From assembly GCF_963921235.1 (NCBI RefSeq), contig NC_086109.1, positions 34,288,001-34,352,000 of the forward strand: DNA of 64,000 nucleotides, written 5' to 3'. The notes under the pieces are model-generated. The model was not told the DNA's origin. It did not search any database and saw only the letters and a list, made by a program, of their open reading frames with translations. This document shows positions 50,707 through 63,439 of the stretch, one piece after another. Origin of the DNA: Mobula hypostoma (taxonomy: Eukaryota). Position 1 is the first letter of the stretch, and the number at the start of each line of letters is the position of its first letter. A program made the position numbers and the translations under genes.

Positions 50707-52315
50707 CTGGTATCACTGAGCTATTTCTCCCATATACTCTATACAGTATCCTTAATGCATAGCTATTTAATTCCTATCCTTATTATTTATATTAAGTATC
50801 TCCATGGAAGTGCCTTCTATGCTTTAACAGCTTATATTTCTCTAACCAAAAACACTTTCCCTTTTATTTCTCCCTATTTCTCAGCTGATTTTCCAAGAAT
50901 AGAAACAACCTTTGAATGGCTTCATTGGTTTTAAAAGCCTAACGTGGAATCTGAGCTCATAGTTATTCCTGTGCAAACAGCTCCGGTTCAAAATTTCATT
51001 CATGTGTAGGAGCCGAAAATTCCTGCTGTGACTGGCTGACTGCTCTAAAGATAAAATTACTTGTTAGGGTGGGGCAGGAAGTAACACAGCTGCTGAAAGA
51101 GGTTTATATAAATTTTGTCAGTTGTATTCTTTGGAGAATGTGATTAGCATTACAAGATTTTGATTGAATGCTGTCAAACTTGAACAACTTTCTGCATTCT
51201 AAAATTTTACCAATAGAGAAAATATAAGCTTTATTTTTGCAAGGTGAATGTTTTATTGAGATAGATGAAATTAACAACTGTATTACATTAAAATCAAGCT
51301 ATATTCATTGTAAAACAGTGACCGACATGAGACAGTAGCTCTGTTTCTCTCTCTACTGTTGTCTGAGTCAAAATATATTTTCCAGCATTTTCTATTGAAA
51401 TTTCAAATCAAACTAATGCTGCATTTTGCTTTTGTATTACACTCTGTTGCCTGTAGTATCTAGAAATTATTTGTATGCAGTAGTATATTTCTTTGTGTGC
51501 AGTAGTGTCACAAGTCACTTCACAGCACTTTAAACAAAATTTCACAAATATGGAAACATAATAACAGATTATATAAAATTTGGTGAAAGAGCTAGAATTT
51601 AAGGAATATAATTGTGGAATAAAGTGAAAAAGCAGTTTGGGAAATTCCAGAGTTCAGGATTTAGACAGGAAGCGTTGTACCTCTGCATCAGTATCCAGCA
51701 AGAATTAGTAGTCTGAGTGACCAGCATTCAGTGAATAGCTGTCAAAGTGGCTTCAAGCTATCACTAACATGCACTTATTTAAACCAGGACAACATTTATT
51801 CAAGCTCTTTCAAATAACAATGTGTTATACACTATTGGCCATAAACCTCGCCAGGTTTTGTAAAGATGAATTAGAGTTGTTCCCAGATCAATGTTCATTC
51901 ATCGTGTCCTTGGCTACCACGACATCAAAGAAGGAAACAACATTTTTTTTCCTGTTCTATTTTCCTGCATTTTGTTATTTACCAATGGTGGTTACAAGTT
52001 GTGAAGGTTGGTTGTGTTGATTACTTTCCCCAAATAACCAAGTTAAAGGCAATCTCAGGAAGTGATTTTTGGAATTGTCAGCTCGTGGACCAACCCTGTT
52101 CTCTGTTAATGTCCCAGACTGAACACTTTGTAAGTGTAGTGTGACTGTGATTGGAAACAGATGTAGTTTTCTATTATGAAATAGAGACATTTTGAGGTTT
52201 GCATTATTACCTTTCAGGTTAAGCTAGACAAATTTATCACTGATATGTTATGTACCAGAAAGGGACTTAATGAAGTTCCATTCATCATAAACCAATTTGG
52301 CATGAACTTTCACTT

Positions 52316-52560
52316 ATTGAGATACAGCACGGAATAGGCCCTTCTGGATCTTTGAGCTGTGCCGCCCAGCACCCCCTGGTTTAACCCTAGCCCAATCACA
52401 GGACGATTTACAATGACCAACTAACCTACCAACCGGTACGTCTTTGGACTGAGGGAGGAAACTGGAGCACCTGGAGGAAACTCACACGGTTCTTACATGC
52501 AGTGGTGGGAATTGAACCCAGATCGACTGTAACCTAAGGTGTTGTGTTACCACTGTGCTG
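52316..52560 (-). mobile_element. tRNA-derived SINE (HE1/V-SINE-like), uninterrupted copy
   Basis: B-box GGTTCAATTCC on the minus strand (~52508-52519); CR1-like tail GAAGGGCCTATTCCGTGCTGTATCTC. Confidence 0.75.
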
Positions 52561-53595
52561 TGCTTGAAAGACATTGTTGTGTATTACTACTTATATCAGT
52601 GCTGAAATGAACTTTGGGCATGTCTGGCAATATGGTCTCTCCACTTGCAAAGACTGGATGCAAACATTTGGCAGTGAAATATCTGGCTGCCAATGTCATT
52701 GGCAGAAATGTATCCATACCTCTACAAGTGGAGGACAAATAGCAGGGCAGAAATTGCAGTGCATGAGGCTTAAAGTGCTGTGAATGACACAATTTGGGAC
52801 AGCTCAATGGTGCAGTAATTAGTGCTGCTGTCACCCAGTTCCAGGGATCTGAATTTCATTCTGACCTTGGATGCTGTCTATGTTGATCTTTCATGATCTC
52901 CTTATGACCACTAAAGGGATTACTCTGAGGGGGACATACCACATATTCCATTTCTGCAGCTGACAATCTCTGAATATTGATTTTTTTTTCAATTTTGGGT
53001 AACACACATCCCATCTGTTCCTTTTCCTCTCCTATAGTTGATCTTTTGTCCTTCTTTTCACCTTCTCTCCCCCTCCACAAACTTGGTTCCTATTTGGCAT
53101 GGACCGATCTTTAGCTTTAATTCCGTTCAGTAATATTTCTGAACCACACTTTGGGCACAGGGAGTAAGGAAGAGTTTTCACGTAATTGTGGTAATCGCGA
53201 CAAAGGTGAACTGCTGATGTCAGTGTTGACATTGTGGTTAATCATTCCTCCAGTTCTTGTGATTACTCTTCCTTTTAAACGACGTCATATGGTGAATCAT
53301 CCTGCTGCCCAATAAGCTTTAGTTCAAGAGCCCTGTTTCTCTTGTTCTCGTCTAACTCCTCTGTCATTCTTCAATGGAACTCATTACTCTATGCCATCAT
53401 TTCCTATTCACCCACCAGTGGAAATAATATTTCATAATTTACTCACAATGACATCTGCAGTCTGTATGTCCCTTTTGGTGTCAACATCTCTCAGATCCAC
53501 TCTTAATCACTGTTGCTGCCCACAGTCATGTAGATTTCGATCCCCACATCCACTGTATTCTCAAGTGTTTCTCCCTCTTGAACCCCATTGACTGA

Positions 53596-54770
53596 CCACA
53601 AGACAATTAGATATAGGAGCAGATTTAGGCCATTTAGCCCCATCAGATCTGCTCCATGGCTGAATTGTTTTCTTCCTTAACACCATTCTGCCGCCTTCTC
53701 CCCGTAACCTTAGACACTGTTACTAATCAAGAACCTATCAACATTCGCTTTAAATATATCCAACGACTTGGCCGCTACAGCTGTCTGAGGCAATGAATTT
53801 CACTACCCTCTGGCTAAAGAAATTGCTCCCCGTCTCTGTTCTAAAGGGACATTCGTGTATTCTGAGGCTGTGCACTCTGGCCCTAGACTCCCCCACTAAA
53901 GGAAACCACCCCTCCACGTTCTCACTGTACAGGCCTTCCAACATTTGGTACATTTAGTTCAAAGAAATTCTCCCTTCATTCTTCTGTGTGTACAGGCTTA
54001 AAGCCATCAAATGCTCCTCATGTGTTAAACATTTAATTCCTGGAATCATTCTTGTAAACCTCTCCAATGCCAGCAAATCCTTTCTCAGATAAGGGGTCCA
54101 AAACTGCTCACAGTACGCCAAATGTGCTCTGACCAATGCCTTTACTTTTAATCATCTCAAGTTTATTGTTATTTAACAATATACATGCACTGGATATAAC
54201 ATATATAACCATATAATGTATACTGTATCGAAATGAGACAATGTTTCTCCAAACCTAGGTGTAAAGCACAGTAGTACACAACATTTAGTCCATGTTTTTA
54301 TATTCTAATCCTTTCAAAATAAATGCAAATATTGCATTTGCCTTCCTTACTACTGTCTCAACCTGCAAGTGAACATTTCGGGAATCCTGCCCTAATATTC
54401 CCAAGTCCCTTTGCATCTCCAATTTCTGAATTTGCTCCCTGTTTAGAAAATAATCTACACCTTTATTCCTTGTGCCAATGTGCTGCCTGATATACTTCTT
54501 TACACACTATTCCATCTGTCACTCCTTTGCTCATCGCCCTAATCTGACCAAGTGCTTCTTGCTTCCTCAACACTACCTGCTCTCCACCTGTCTTTGTACT
54601 ACCAGCAAACTTGGCCGCAAATCTGTCAGTTTTGTCATCCATTATTAACATGTAAAATGAAGAGTAGCAGACCCAATACTGACGTCCACGGGACACCACT
54701 AGTTACTGACAGTCACCCAGAAAAGGCCCCTTTTATTCCCATTCTTTGCCTTCTGCAGTCAGCCCATCTT
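53596..54770 (-). mobile_element. CR1 LINE 3' fragment with a nested tail insertion (~54145-54285)
   Basis: SGVPWTSVLG, AKFAGSTKTGG, VRAHLAYCEQFWTPYLRKD, NFFSQRVV. Confidence 0.85.
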
Positions 54771-55290
54771 CACTCTGCCTGACCCATGATTATTCTAAAT
54801 GTCGGATCATTTCTCAAAAAATCTGCAACTCTGGCTCTCTTTCTCGGTCTTATTCTTCTGTTGATCTCACCAATCATTATTTCCCTCTTTCCTCCTGTAA
54901 AGTCAGCCCTCCATCTCATTCTATCACCTCATTTTCTGTCAGTCATTTACCACTCCTCAGTCTTCTTGCACTCTACACACCTCCTTGTGAGATACTGTAT
55001 CATTTAACGCTAGATTTTATTGGAGCAGAGTGAGGTATTAATTTAATTTAAGTGAGTAAATCATCTCAGGAACATTGAATATTATTAGGGCGGTACAGCT
55101 TCATCTGAATACTAGTTAGACACAGGTTGAAATAATCCTGGTCAGTGGAAGAATGTGATTGTACCGGACAGTGCAGAGGAGATTGACAAATGAGTGGCCA
55201 GATCAGAAATGAAATAGCTATGAGGTAAGATTGAATAAACCTGAGGTAATTTTCTTTGGAACAAAGAAAACTGAAGGGAGACTTACAGTA

Positions 55291-55598
55291 CTATATATAG
55301 GCATCCGTTAGTCTCATGAGACCATGGATTTGTGCCTTGGAAGGTTTCCAGGGCGCAGGCCTGGGCAAGGTTGTATGGAAGACCAGCAGTTGCCCATGCT
55401 GCAAGTCTCCACTCTCCACGCCACTGATGTTGTCCAAGGGAAGTGTATTAGGACCCATACAGCTTGGCACCGGTGTTGTTGCAGAGCAACGTGTGGTTAA
55501 GTGCCTTGCTCAAGGACACAACACACTGCCTCAGCCAAGGCTCAAACTAGCGACCTTCAATTCACTAGACGAATGCCTTAACCACTTGGCCACGCTCC
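55291..55598 (-). mobile_element. tRNA-headed SINE with an RTE-derived 3' tail and TSD
   Basis: Head GCGTGGCCAAGTGGTTAAGGC (A box)..GTTTGAGCC (B-box-like); CORE-like GTGTCCTTGAGCAAGGCACTTAACC; tail CATGGTCTCATGAGACTAACGGATGCC(TA)n; TSD GAGACTTACAGTA 55278-55290 / 55607-55619. Confidence 0.88.
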
Positions 55599-57232
55599 AA
55601 AACTGAGAGACTTACAGTAAGTGAGGCATATTGGGGTAAATAGGCATGAACTGACTTTCCTTAGTAGATGGGTCATCGTTCATGGGGCATAGATGTTAAG
55701 TACATGGTAAAAGGACAAGGTGGGTAATAGGGAACAAGGGTGATAGGGTTGTGGAAACATCTGCTAGGAAAGGAGATGGAGGTAGGAGCCTCCTACAGCT
55801 TTAAACAGATGCTTGAATGGCTCCAGGTCAGGAGCTACAAGGTGGAAAGTAATTAGGTGACTCATTCTACCTATATTGTAAAATTTTAAAAAAGTACCCA
55901 AAAAAAAATAACTGTGGGTAGCACAGAATGGTTGTGTGAACAAGAATTAAAATTTTGCAAAAAATGTATAGAATGCATTGCAACCTTCACAGCAGTGTAA
56001 ACTGCTTTTGCTGTGGAAATCCTATGGTGGTTTTAAATGCCAATTTAATAGTGGAAAAGTCTATTATTCTTGGAGGATGATTGCAAAATGAACCAAGTTG
56101 ATGAAGCAATTTTAAGTAAACAATTCAGTCTCAAAGACTTCAGGCGTCTTAAAATCTTCACCTGAATTGTTTTGGTCCATGCATTTCGTGTGGATCCAAA
56201 ATAATACTGCACACTCACCGGTCATCAGACCATTCTAAAATGGAAGTTGTTTTCCTTGCTGGTACTAGAATGGCAGGACTACAGTTTATCCTCTTTCCAA
56301 GCATGGTAGGCATGCTGTACTCGTACTGAAATAGGTGGCAACAATTGCACGCTGCCCCCAGCCCACCCTTGGGTGTGCTGGTTGTTGTGGAAATGCCACA
56401 TTTCACTGTATGTTTCGATGTACATATGATAAATAAATCTGGATCTGAGTCTGCTTTTTCTCTTAATTGGACACCATATTGTCATCTTTGTTCAATTAAG
56501 TTACCAATATGCAGCAAGAAAAATACACATTTCAACAGGAGAGGGATTTATCTGAGATGAACATGTTGACACTACTTGCGCCTGGTGTGCTAATGGCTAA
56601 GTTACTGAACTTCATTCTGGAAGCCTGGATAATTGTTCCAAAGACAGAATTCAAATCTCATTGGGGCACCTGACAAATTTAAACTTGCATTTAAATAAAT
56701 CTGGAATAAAAAATATCATGAAACAATTAAATTATTGTAGAGTTCCATCTGCTTCATTAATATCCTTTCGGAAAGGAAATATGTATTCCATACTGGTCTG
56801 CCTAAACATGACTCCAGACTCTTTCGAGTGATTCTAATTTACTGTGAAACAAGACAAGGCCAACGTTTGCTGGTACTGCCAATGGTGCACACTTCATAGG
56901 AAAGAATAAAAGAACAGAACATTCTCAGAATAATCTCAGGCATCTGCTGGAGTTTATTTGATATCTGACAGATGTCGAATGGAATATGAAAAGGCCAGAA
57001 GTGGACCACTGTGTTGAATCTCAGATAGCGTTTCCTCTATATACCAGCCACTGGGGTAGTTTCAACATCTTAAACAAACAATTGCTAAATATTCCGAACT
57101 CTTTGTTTTTAATCTGTACATTTCTTTGTTGCCAATTGAAGGTTATTTGCCAACCAGTTAAATAATGCACGTAAGATATTGTTCTACTTTTTAAGAAGAA
57201 CAGGGGGACTTCTAAACCAATGAAATACTATG

Positions 57233-57345
57233 TACCAATCATATGATGAAGGTTTGGAAGCCCCAAAGTCCAGTGCATCGCGAAATGATGGATTTTGCGA
57301 TGCACTAGACTTTGGGGCATCCAAACCTTCATCATATGATTGGTA
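57233..57345. repeat. Near-perfect inverted repeat: 54-bp arms, 5-nt loop
   Basis: Arms 57233-57286 and 57292-57345 are reverse complements at 51/54 positions. Confidence 0.95.
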
Positions 57346-59289
57346 TTGCACAGATGTTAATGCTTTTATTTCTGGGGTAGGTGATCAGGTTGGATTGAAA
57401 GAGGAATGGTTTCTCCGAATTGGGATTTGATTTTATTTAAATCTTACATCCATCCCACAATGTGAGGGAGTAAAATCTGTCTGTTATGACGCCATCACAA
57501 TGTACAGACATGTGAATTTATAAGTCTAATGACTTGTAGAAAGAAGCTGTCCTGTAGCCTTCTGGTCCTGGCTTTGATGCTGTGGTACCGTTTGCTGGAA
57601 AGAAGCAGCTGAAGCAGTTTATGGTTTGGGTGACTGGTGTCCCTGTTGATCTTAATTGGGATTTGGTGAGTGGAGTGAGTGTAGACAATGGGAGTACTGC
57701 TGAAGAATTCAGAGGGAGTTTTCAGACCTCTGGAGCTCTATTTCCAGAGCTAAGCAGTTGAGCAGGGAGTTGAGAGATTAAATGCTTGAGAGGCAAATGT
57801 TAGAAGGGAAGGTCAAAACACAGGGCTGGGGTAGTAGATTACAGTGAAAACTTAACTCTACTTGGTTATTTTTTTCTTAGAGATGACCACTGATAGTATT
57901 GACCAGCTCTGTGGCAAGCTAAAGTTTACAAGGGATAAAAACAGACCCTTAAGCCCTTCATTTATGATTGCAACTGACTTTAGATGTGGGTAAATAATGC
58001 TCATGGACAGTTGTTCTTCACTAAGATGGCATCCTCATTCTTGTTGCAAGTGCGTAGGTGCATCCTGGATGCCATTTTAAGTGATATAAGTGATGACAAG
58101 TCCAATTTCAACCCTTAGATTGTAAAGAAATAATGGTATTCAAGGTAATCTCTACTAAACTGTAAGTTCACAATGCATACAGGGTACCATTTTGCTCTGC
58201 CCATCCACCACCCTGACCAATAACCCCCTCTACCATTGGTATTCGATGGCTGCAGTGTGAAGCATTTGCCAAAATGCTCTAGGGGTAGTTCTCCAGGCAT
58301 TTTCAACAGCACCTCTCAAGCCTGTGACCTCCAGCATCAGGAGGATGAGAGGCAGCAGGCAAGTGAGGATTGATAATCTGCAGGTGCTTCTCCATGTTGC
58401 GCATTGGCAGATTATGTCATTGGCACTTGGGCCAAGTCTTGGAAGAGCACAGTGGGAGTAACTTCACCAGAAGGACTGCAGAAATAGACAAAGATGACTC
58501 GCCCTTTCAAATGGCACTTAGCTGCTCTCGCTGCCTTTGCTCCAGATCCTGGGAATGGATTATACAGTATTCATATTAAGGATATTGAACCAGTAGAGAA
58601 GATTCAGTATCAACAAAATTCAATAGTGATTGTTTGAGGGCAGACAACTCTAGCTAAAAATATAGGTCTTTTTAAAATGGAACAATGAAGGTTAAAGGGC
58701 AATTTGATTGAGATGTTTAAACTGGGGGAATTTCTGTAGAGTAGGTCGATAAAGATTACTTATTGTGACTTAACTTCAAAGCAGAAACTATGGATATTAG
58801 ACTGGACACGAGAATTTGAATTGAAATCAGAACAATTTTACACAGCATTGTAATGGTATGAAATTTGTTCTTGGAGCTGGTGAATGAAGCAGACAACAGA
58901 TTAGATGTGCAGCTGAAGGGATAAAGAATAAGAGGGAACATTTGGGTTTAGAAATCCTACATATGCAGGGGTGTGCCCTGACTCAGAGTGATTGGCCTGA
59001 ACGTTTGTTCCCAAATAATGAATTCTACGCAGTTTTGAGATGAGGATGTTGAATAATATCATCATGGCTATCCTAATTCATTTTTCTTTCTCTTTGTGGA
59101 AAATCAGTTAAATGCTCTGAAAGACTGAGTCAGAGGGCAACAAACCTTTTAATTAAGAAACAGTTTAACACAATGAGTTATGTATTCCTTAGCATGGGAA
59201 TAAAACATAAAAGTTATTTTCTCTGAAAAAAATCTCTCCAAACATATCTGTATAATTTCGAAGTCTATAAAGGATTGCACAAATGCTCA

Positions 59290-59480
59290 AAATCATGAGT
59301 GACACACACAAAAAATGGTGGAGGAACTCAACAGGTCATGCAGCACCTTTGGAGGGAAATGGACAGTCGACATTTCAGGTTGAGGCTCTTCAGTAGATGG
59401 AACAGTTTTATTTCCCTCCATAGATGCTGCCTGACCTGTTGAGTTCCTCCACCATTTTTTGTGTGTGTTACTCATGATTT
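59290..59480. repeat. Fold-back Penelope pLTR palindrome (~70-bp arms)
   Basis: AAATCATGAGTGACACACACAAAAAATGGTGGAGGAACTCAACAGGTCA.. / ..TGACCTGTTGAGTTCCTCCACCATTTTTTGTGTGTGTTACTCATGATTT. Confidence 0.9.
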
Positions 59481-59659
59481 GGTGCGTATTATTGTATGAC
59501 TTCAAACTAGCTTAAGTTTCTTGATTGGCTGCCACATTCAGTTTTTAAGACTAGATAAGATTTTTTAAATTTGCCTGAGGGGTATTGCTAAATGAGTATT
59601 TTCACACTCAGTGAGCAGCAATCTCTATTTTCATTGTTGCTGGTGTGAAAACTCTCATT

Positions 59660-60055
59660 AGAGGCACCAAAACAGACTCTTCAGCCCAACTCATCCATGC
59701 TGGCACATGTCCTTACCTGAGGTAGTCTCATTTGCCTATGATGGCCCATATCCCTCTATCCCTTTCCTATCCATTTATCTGTCCAATATGCTTTCAAATG
59801 CTTCCTCTAAAGCTTCCCCTAAAGCTTCCTCTGCCAGCTTGTTCCACATACCCAGCGTCCTCAATGCAAAAAAACTTGTTCCTCAAGTAGCCAATAAATT
59901 TTTCCCCTCTGACCTTAAACTTCTGCCCTCCTGGTTTTAGACATTCCTACCCTGGGGAGAAAAAAGCCTGTGACCATTCACCTTGGCTATGCCCTTCATG
60001 ATTTTATATACATCTATAAGTTCACCCCTCAGTCTCCTAATCTCCAGGCAAACAA
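59660..60055 (-). mobile_element. CR1 LINE 3' fragment
   Basis: Minus strand RLRGELIDVYKIMKGIAKV and a CR1 3' UTR. Confidence 0.7.
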
Positions 60056-61184
60056 GCTGATCTAAGGACTGATAAAGTGTCTTTGGCCTGAAGCATTAAC
60101 TCTCTTGCTCTGCTCGTTGATGCAGCCAGGGTTGCTGAGTGATTTTCATCATTTTTGTTTTTATTTCAGATAAAGAAATTTCTAAAAATTTTCATGCTTT
60201 TCTTCTTACTCATTGAAGTGACATATTTCATCCGTGTATAATGGGTGACCAATCTGATAGTCCTAACCCCATTCTGCATCACAGTCTGAGATGACTTTTT
60301 AATGTTTGACTTCCCATATGGCAATTTAAGTAAAAGTAATGCTCGCTTAACACTTGACTCTAGCATAAACCAGTCAAAAGAAATCTGCTGTCCAATTGAA
60401 CCATGTTGTCCATTTGCATTTGGATCTTGCACATAATTTATTGCATCCTCGCCTTAAAGATTTTGTGCAAAATGTCCTCTGAGGTGCAGAAGGAGGCTCT
60501 TCAAACAATGAATTCGTTTTGGCTCTTTGGTAGAGCAATAGAATTAGTCCCATTCCCCTGCTATTTCCCCACAGGCCTACAATTCATCATTCCCTTCAAA
60601 TGTTTATACAATTCAAGTTAGAAATTTACTGTGGAAATTGGTTTACACCATCTTTTACTCACAGAGCCTTCCAGATCACAGCTTGCATCAACACTTCTGT
60701 CACTGCAAACAGTTTATCATTTATTCTTTGATAACTATTCATGATTCTAAGTACTTAAATATAGCTTCCTGGTACTTGTTCCTATCATTCAGGAGGCTCA
60801 CTAAATAATTCTGGAGGTTTCTGTTTGGGTAAAGAATGCAGGATGGTCATCTATTGCTGGTGTCTGCTACTTCAGTTAATTTGGATGTGAACCTGCACAT
60901 GGATGAGAAAGGTATTTGAGCTGACATCCTATTATAGTGTACTGTGCCCACTGCGGTGTACAGAGCTGCAAGCAATTATATAAGATTTATTATACATCTG
61001 CTGGCATGTTAGGGTTGTACAATGACAAATATGCACTTCATATCACTCTGTAGGTATCTTTACTCCACGTCTAATCAGGATGCCATCAGGGGTGGTGTAT
61101 GAACAATACTTAGAAGCCAAGTTCAGAATTGGATCTGTTGCTTTCAAACCTGTTGTTGGGCCAGGAATATTGTTAATGCCTCCT

Positions 61185-62692
61185 TCAAAGTTCAAAAGTT
61201 CAAAGTATGTTTATTATCAAAGTACATATGTTACTGTATACAATTCTGAGATTCATTTTCTTGCAAGCATACTCAATAAATCTATAGGATAATAGCCATA
61301 ACAAAATCAACTAGGGCTTTCAACCAGTGTGCAGAGGACAACAAACTGCAAAAAAAGAAATAATAGTAATAAATAAATAACATGTGATGTAGAGTGCCTC
61401 AAAGTGAGTCTATTTGTTTCACTGATGGGGCAAGTGAAACTGAGTGAAGTTGTGGTTCTTGTGGTTCAAGAGCCTGATGGTTGAGGGTAGTAACTTCGTG
61501 AACCTGCTGATGTGAGTGCTGAGGCTCCTGCACCTTTTTCTTGATGGAAGTAGCTAGAAGAGAACTTGTCCTGGATGGTAGGGGCCCCTGATGGTGGATG
61601 CTGCTTTCCTGCAACAGCATTCTATGTAGAGGTGCTCAATGGTTGTCAGGGATTTACCTGTGAGGGACGGGGTTGTATCCACTACTTTTTGTAGGACTTT
61701 CTGTTTAAGGGCATTTGTGTTTTCATACCAAGCTGTGATGCAGCCAGTCAACATATTCTCCACTACACATCTATAGAAGTTTGTTGAAGTTGTAGTTGTC
61801 ATGCTGAATCTGCACTAACTCTTAAGGAAGTGCAGGTGCTGCCATGCTTTCGTCATAATTGCACCTATGTGCTGGGCCCAGGGCAGTCCTCCGAAATTAT
61901 AACACCTAGGAATTTAAACTTGCTGACCTTCTCCACTTCTGATCCTCCGATGAGGACTGGCTCATGGACCTTTGGTTTCCTTCTCCTGAAGTCCATAATC
62001 AGCTCCTTCTTCTTGTTGATATTGAGTAAGAGATTGTTGTTGTGGCACCACTCAGCCAGATTTTCAGTCTCCCTCCTCCACACTGATTCATTACCACCTT
62101 TGATTTGCCCATTGACCATGGTGTCATCAGCAGACTTGAATATGGCACTGGACTTGTGCTTATCCACACAGTCTTAGTGTAAAGTGAGTAGGGCAGGGAA
62201 CTAAGCACACAGCCTTATGGTGCACCTGATGGAGATTGTGGAGGAGATGTTGCCAGGGTGACTTGGGTCTTCAAGTGAGGACATCATGGATCCAATTGCA
62301 CTAGGAAGTATTAAGGCCAGGGTCTTGAAGCATATCGATTAGTTTTGAGGTGATGATGGTATTGAATGCTGAGCTGTAGTCACTAAACAGCATCCTGATG
62401 TATGCATCTTTGCTGTCCAGACTTTCCATTGTTGAGTGAAGAGCCAGTGAGATGGCATCTGCTGTGGACTTGTTGCTCCGGTAGGCAAATTGGAGTAGAT
62501 CTAAGTTGCTTCTCAGGCAGGAGTTGATAAGTTTCATCACCAACATCTCAAAAAGCTTCATCACTGTGGATGTGAGAGCTACTGGCTGATAGTCTTTGAG
62601 GCAGCTCACCCCACTGTCCTTGGGCACCGGGGTAATTGAAACCTTGAAGGAGGCGGGCACCACGCACTGCTGAAATGAGAGATTAAAGATTT
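61185..62692 (-). mobile_element. Rex1/Babar LINE RT fragment
   Basis: IFNLSFQQCVVPASFK..DYQPVALTSTVMK..LQFAYRSNKST..DYSSAFNTI, KSADDT, FKFLGV, NFYRCVVENMLTGCITAWY; (TTGAAC) tail. Confidence 0.9.
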
Positions 62693-63439
62693 GCATTCGT
62701 CTGAAGTTCATTCTGTGAACTGAAAGTGATGATCTCCTTAAATTTCAGTAAAACTCACTGAATCTATGTGCTCCATGCATAAAGGGAAATTCAGTCAATG
62801 ATTATCTTTCCTTGTCCGGAATTGTTCATTGTAAATGAAAATGGTGGCCTCTGTTTGGCCTGTCTGTCCATTATGTCCTTGTAAGAGGGAAAGTACTGCC
62901 ACAGGAAAGGACATTCTTTGTAAGTGTTTGTCTTTGTAAAGAGATGCCTTAGCTATCTCTGACCTGCGATATTATTCGTTTATCGCCCTTGTTATAGGCA
63001 TACATACTCAGGATATAAACGACATGGAAACTGGCTCATGTAGCAGCAGCAGAGTACATTATAAACATAATGAATATAAATTTCATCAACTTGAATTAAC
63101 ATAAATTATACTTAGTGCAAGTGCCAAAACTAAACATAGTAACATTAATGAAGGTTGAGCAGTTCCCTCAATTTCCCCACCTTCTGTTTATGCAGCCAAT
63201 CATCTTTTAGGACCATGAAACCAATAGGACACAAGGGGATTAATCCGGTTTTATTTATGAATTATTGATCAATTGATACCAATCATAAATATAAACTTAG
63301 GATACCTTTGTTTCACCTTATCCAGGAAAGTGTTTGCCAGTTTTGGTGAAGTGTTGGTTTAATTAGAGAAGGCAGAGCTCCCAAATAGGACCTTTGGCAG
63401 ACCGTCCACTCAGACCATTAATCACCCATTTACACTATT

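Noticed and set aside
55525..55598. tRNA-like sequence on the minus strand
   Set aside because: It is the head of a TSD-flanked SINE, not a tRNA gene.
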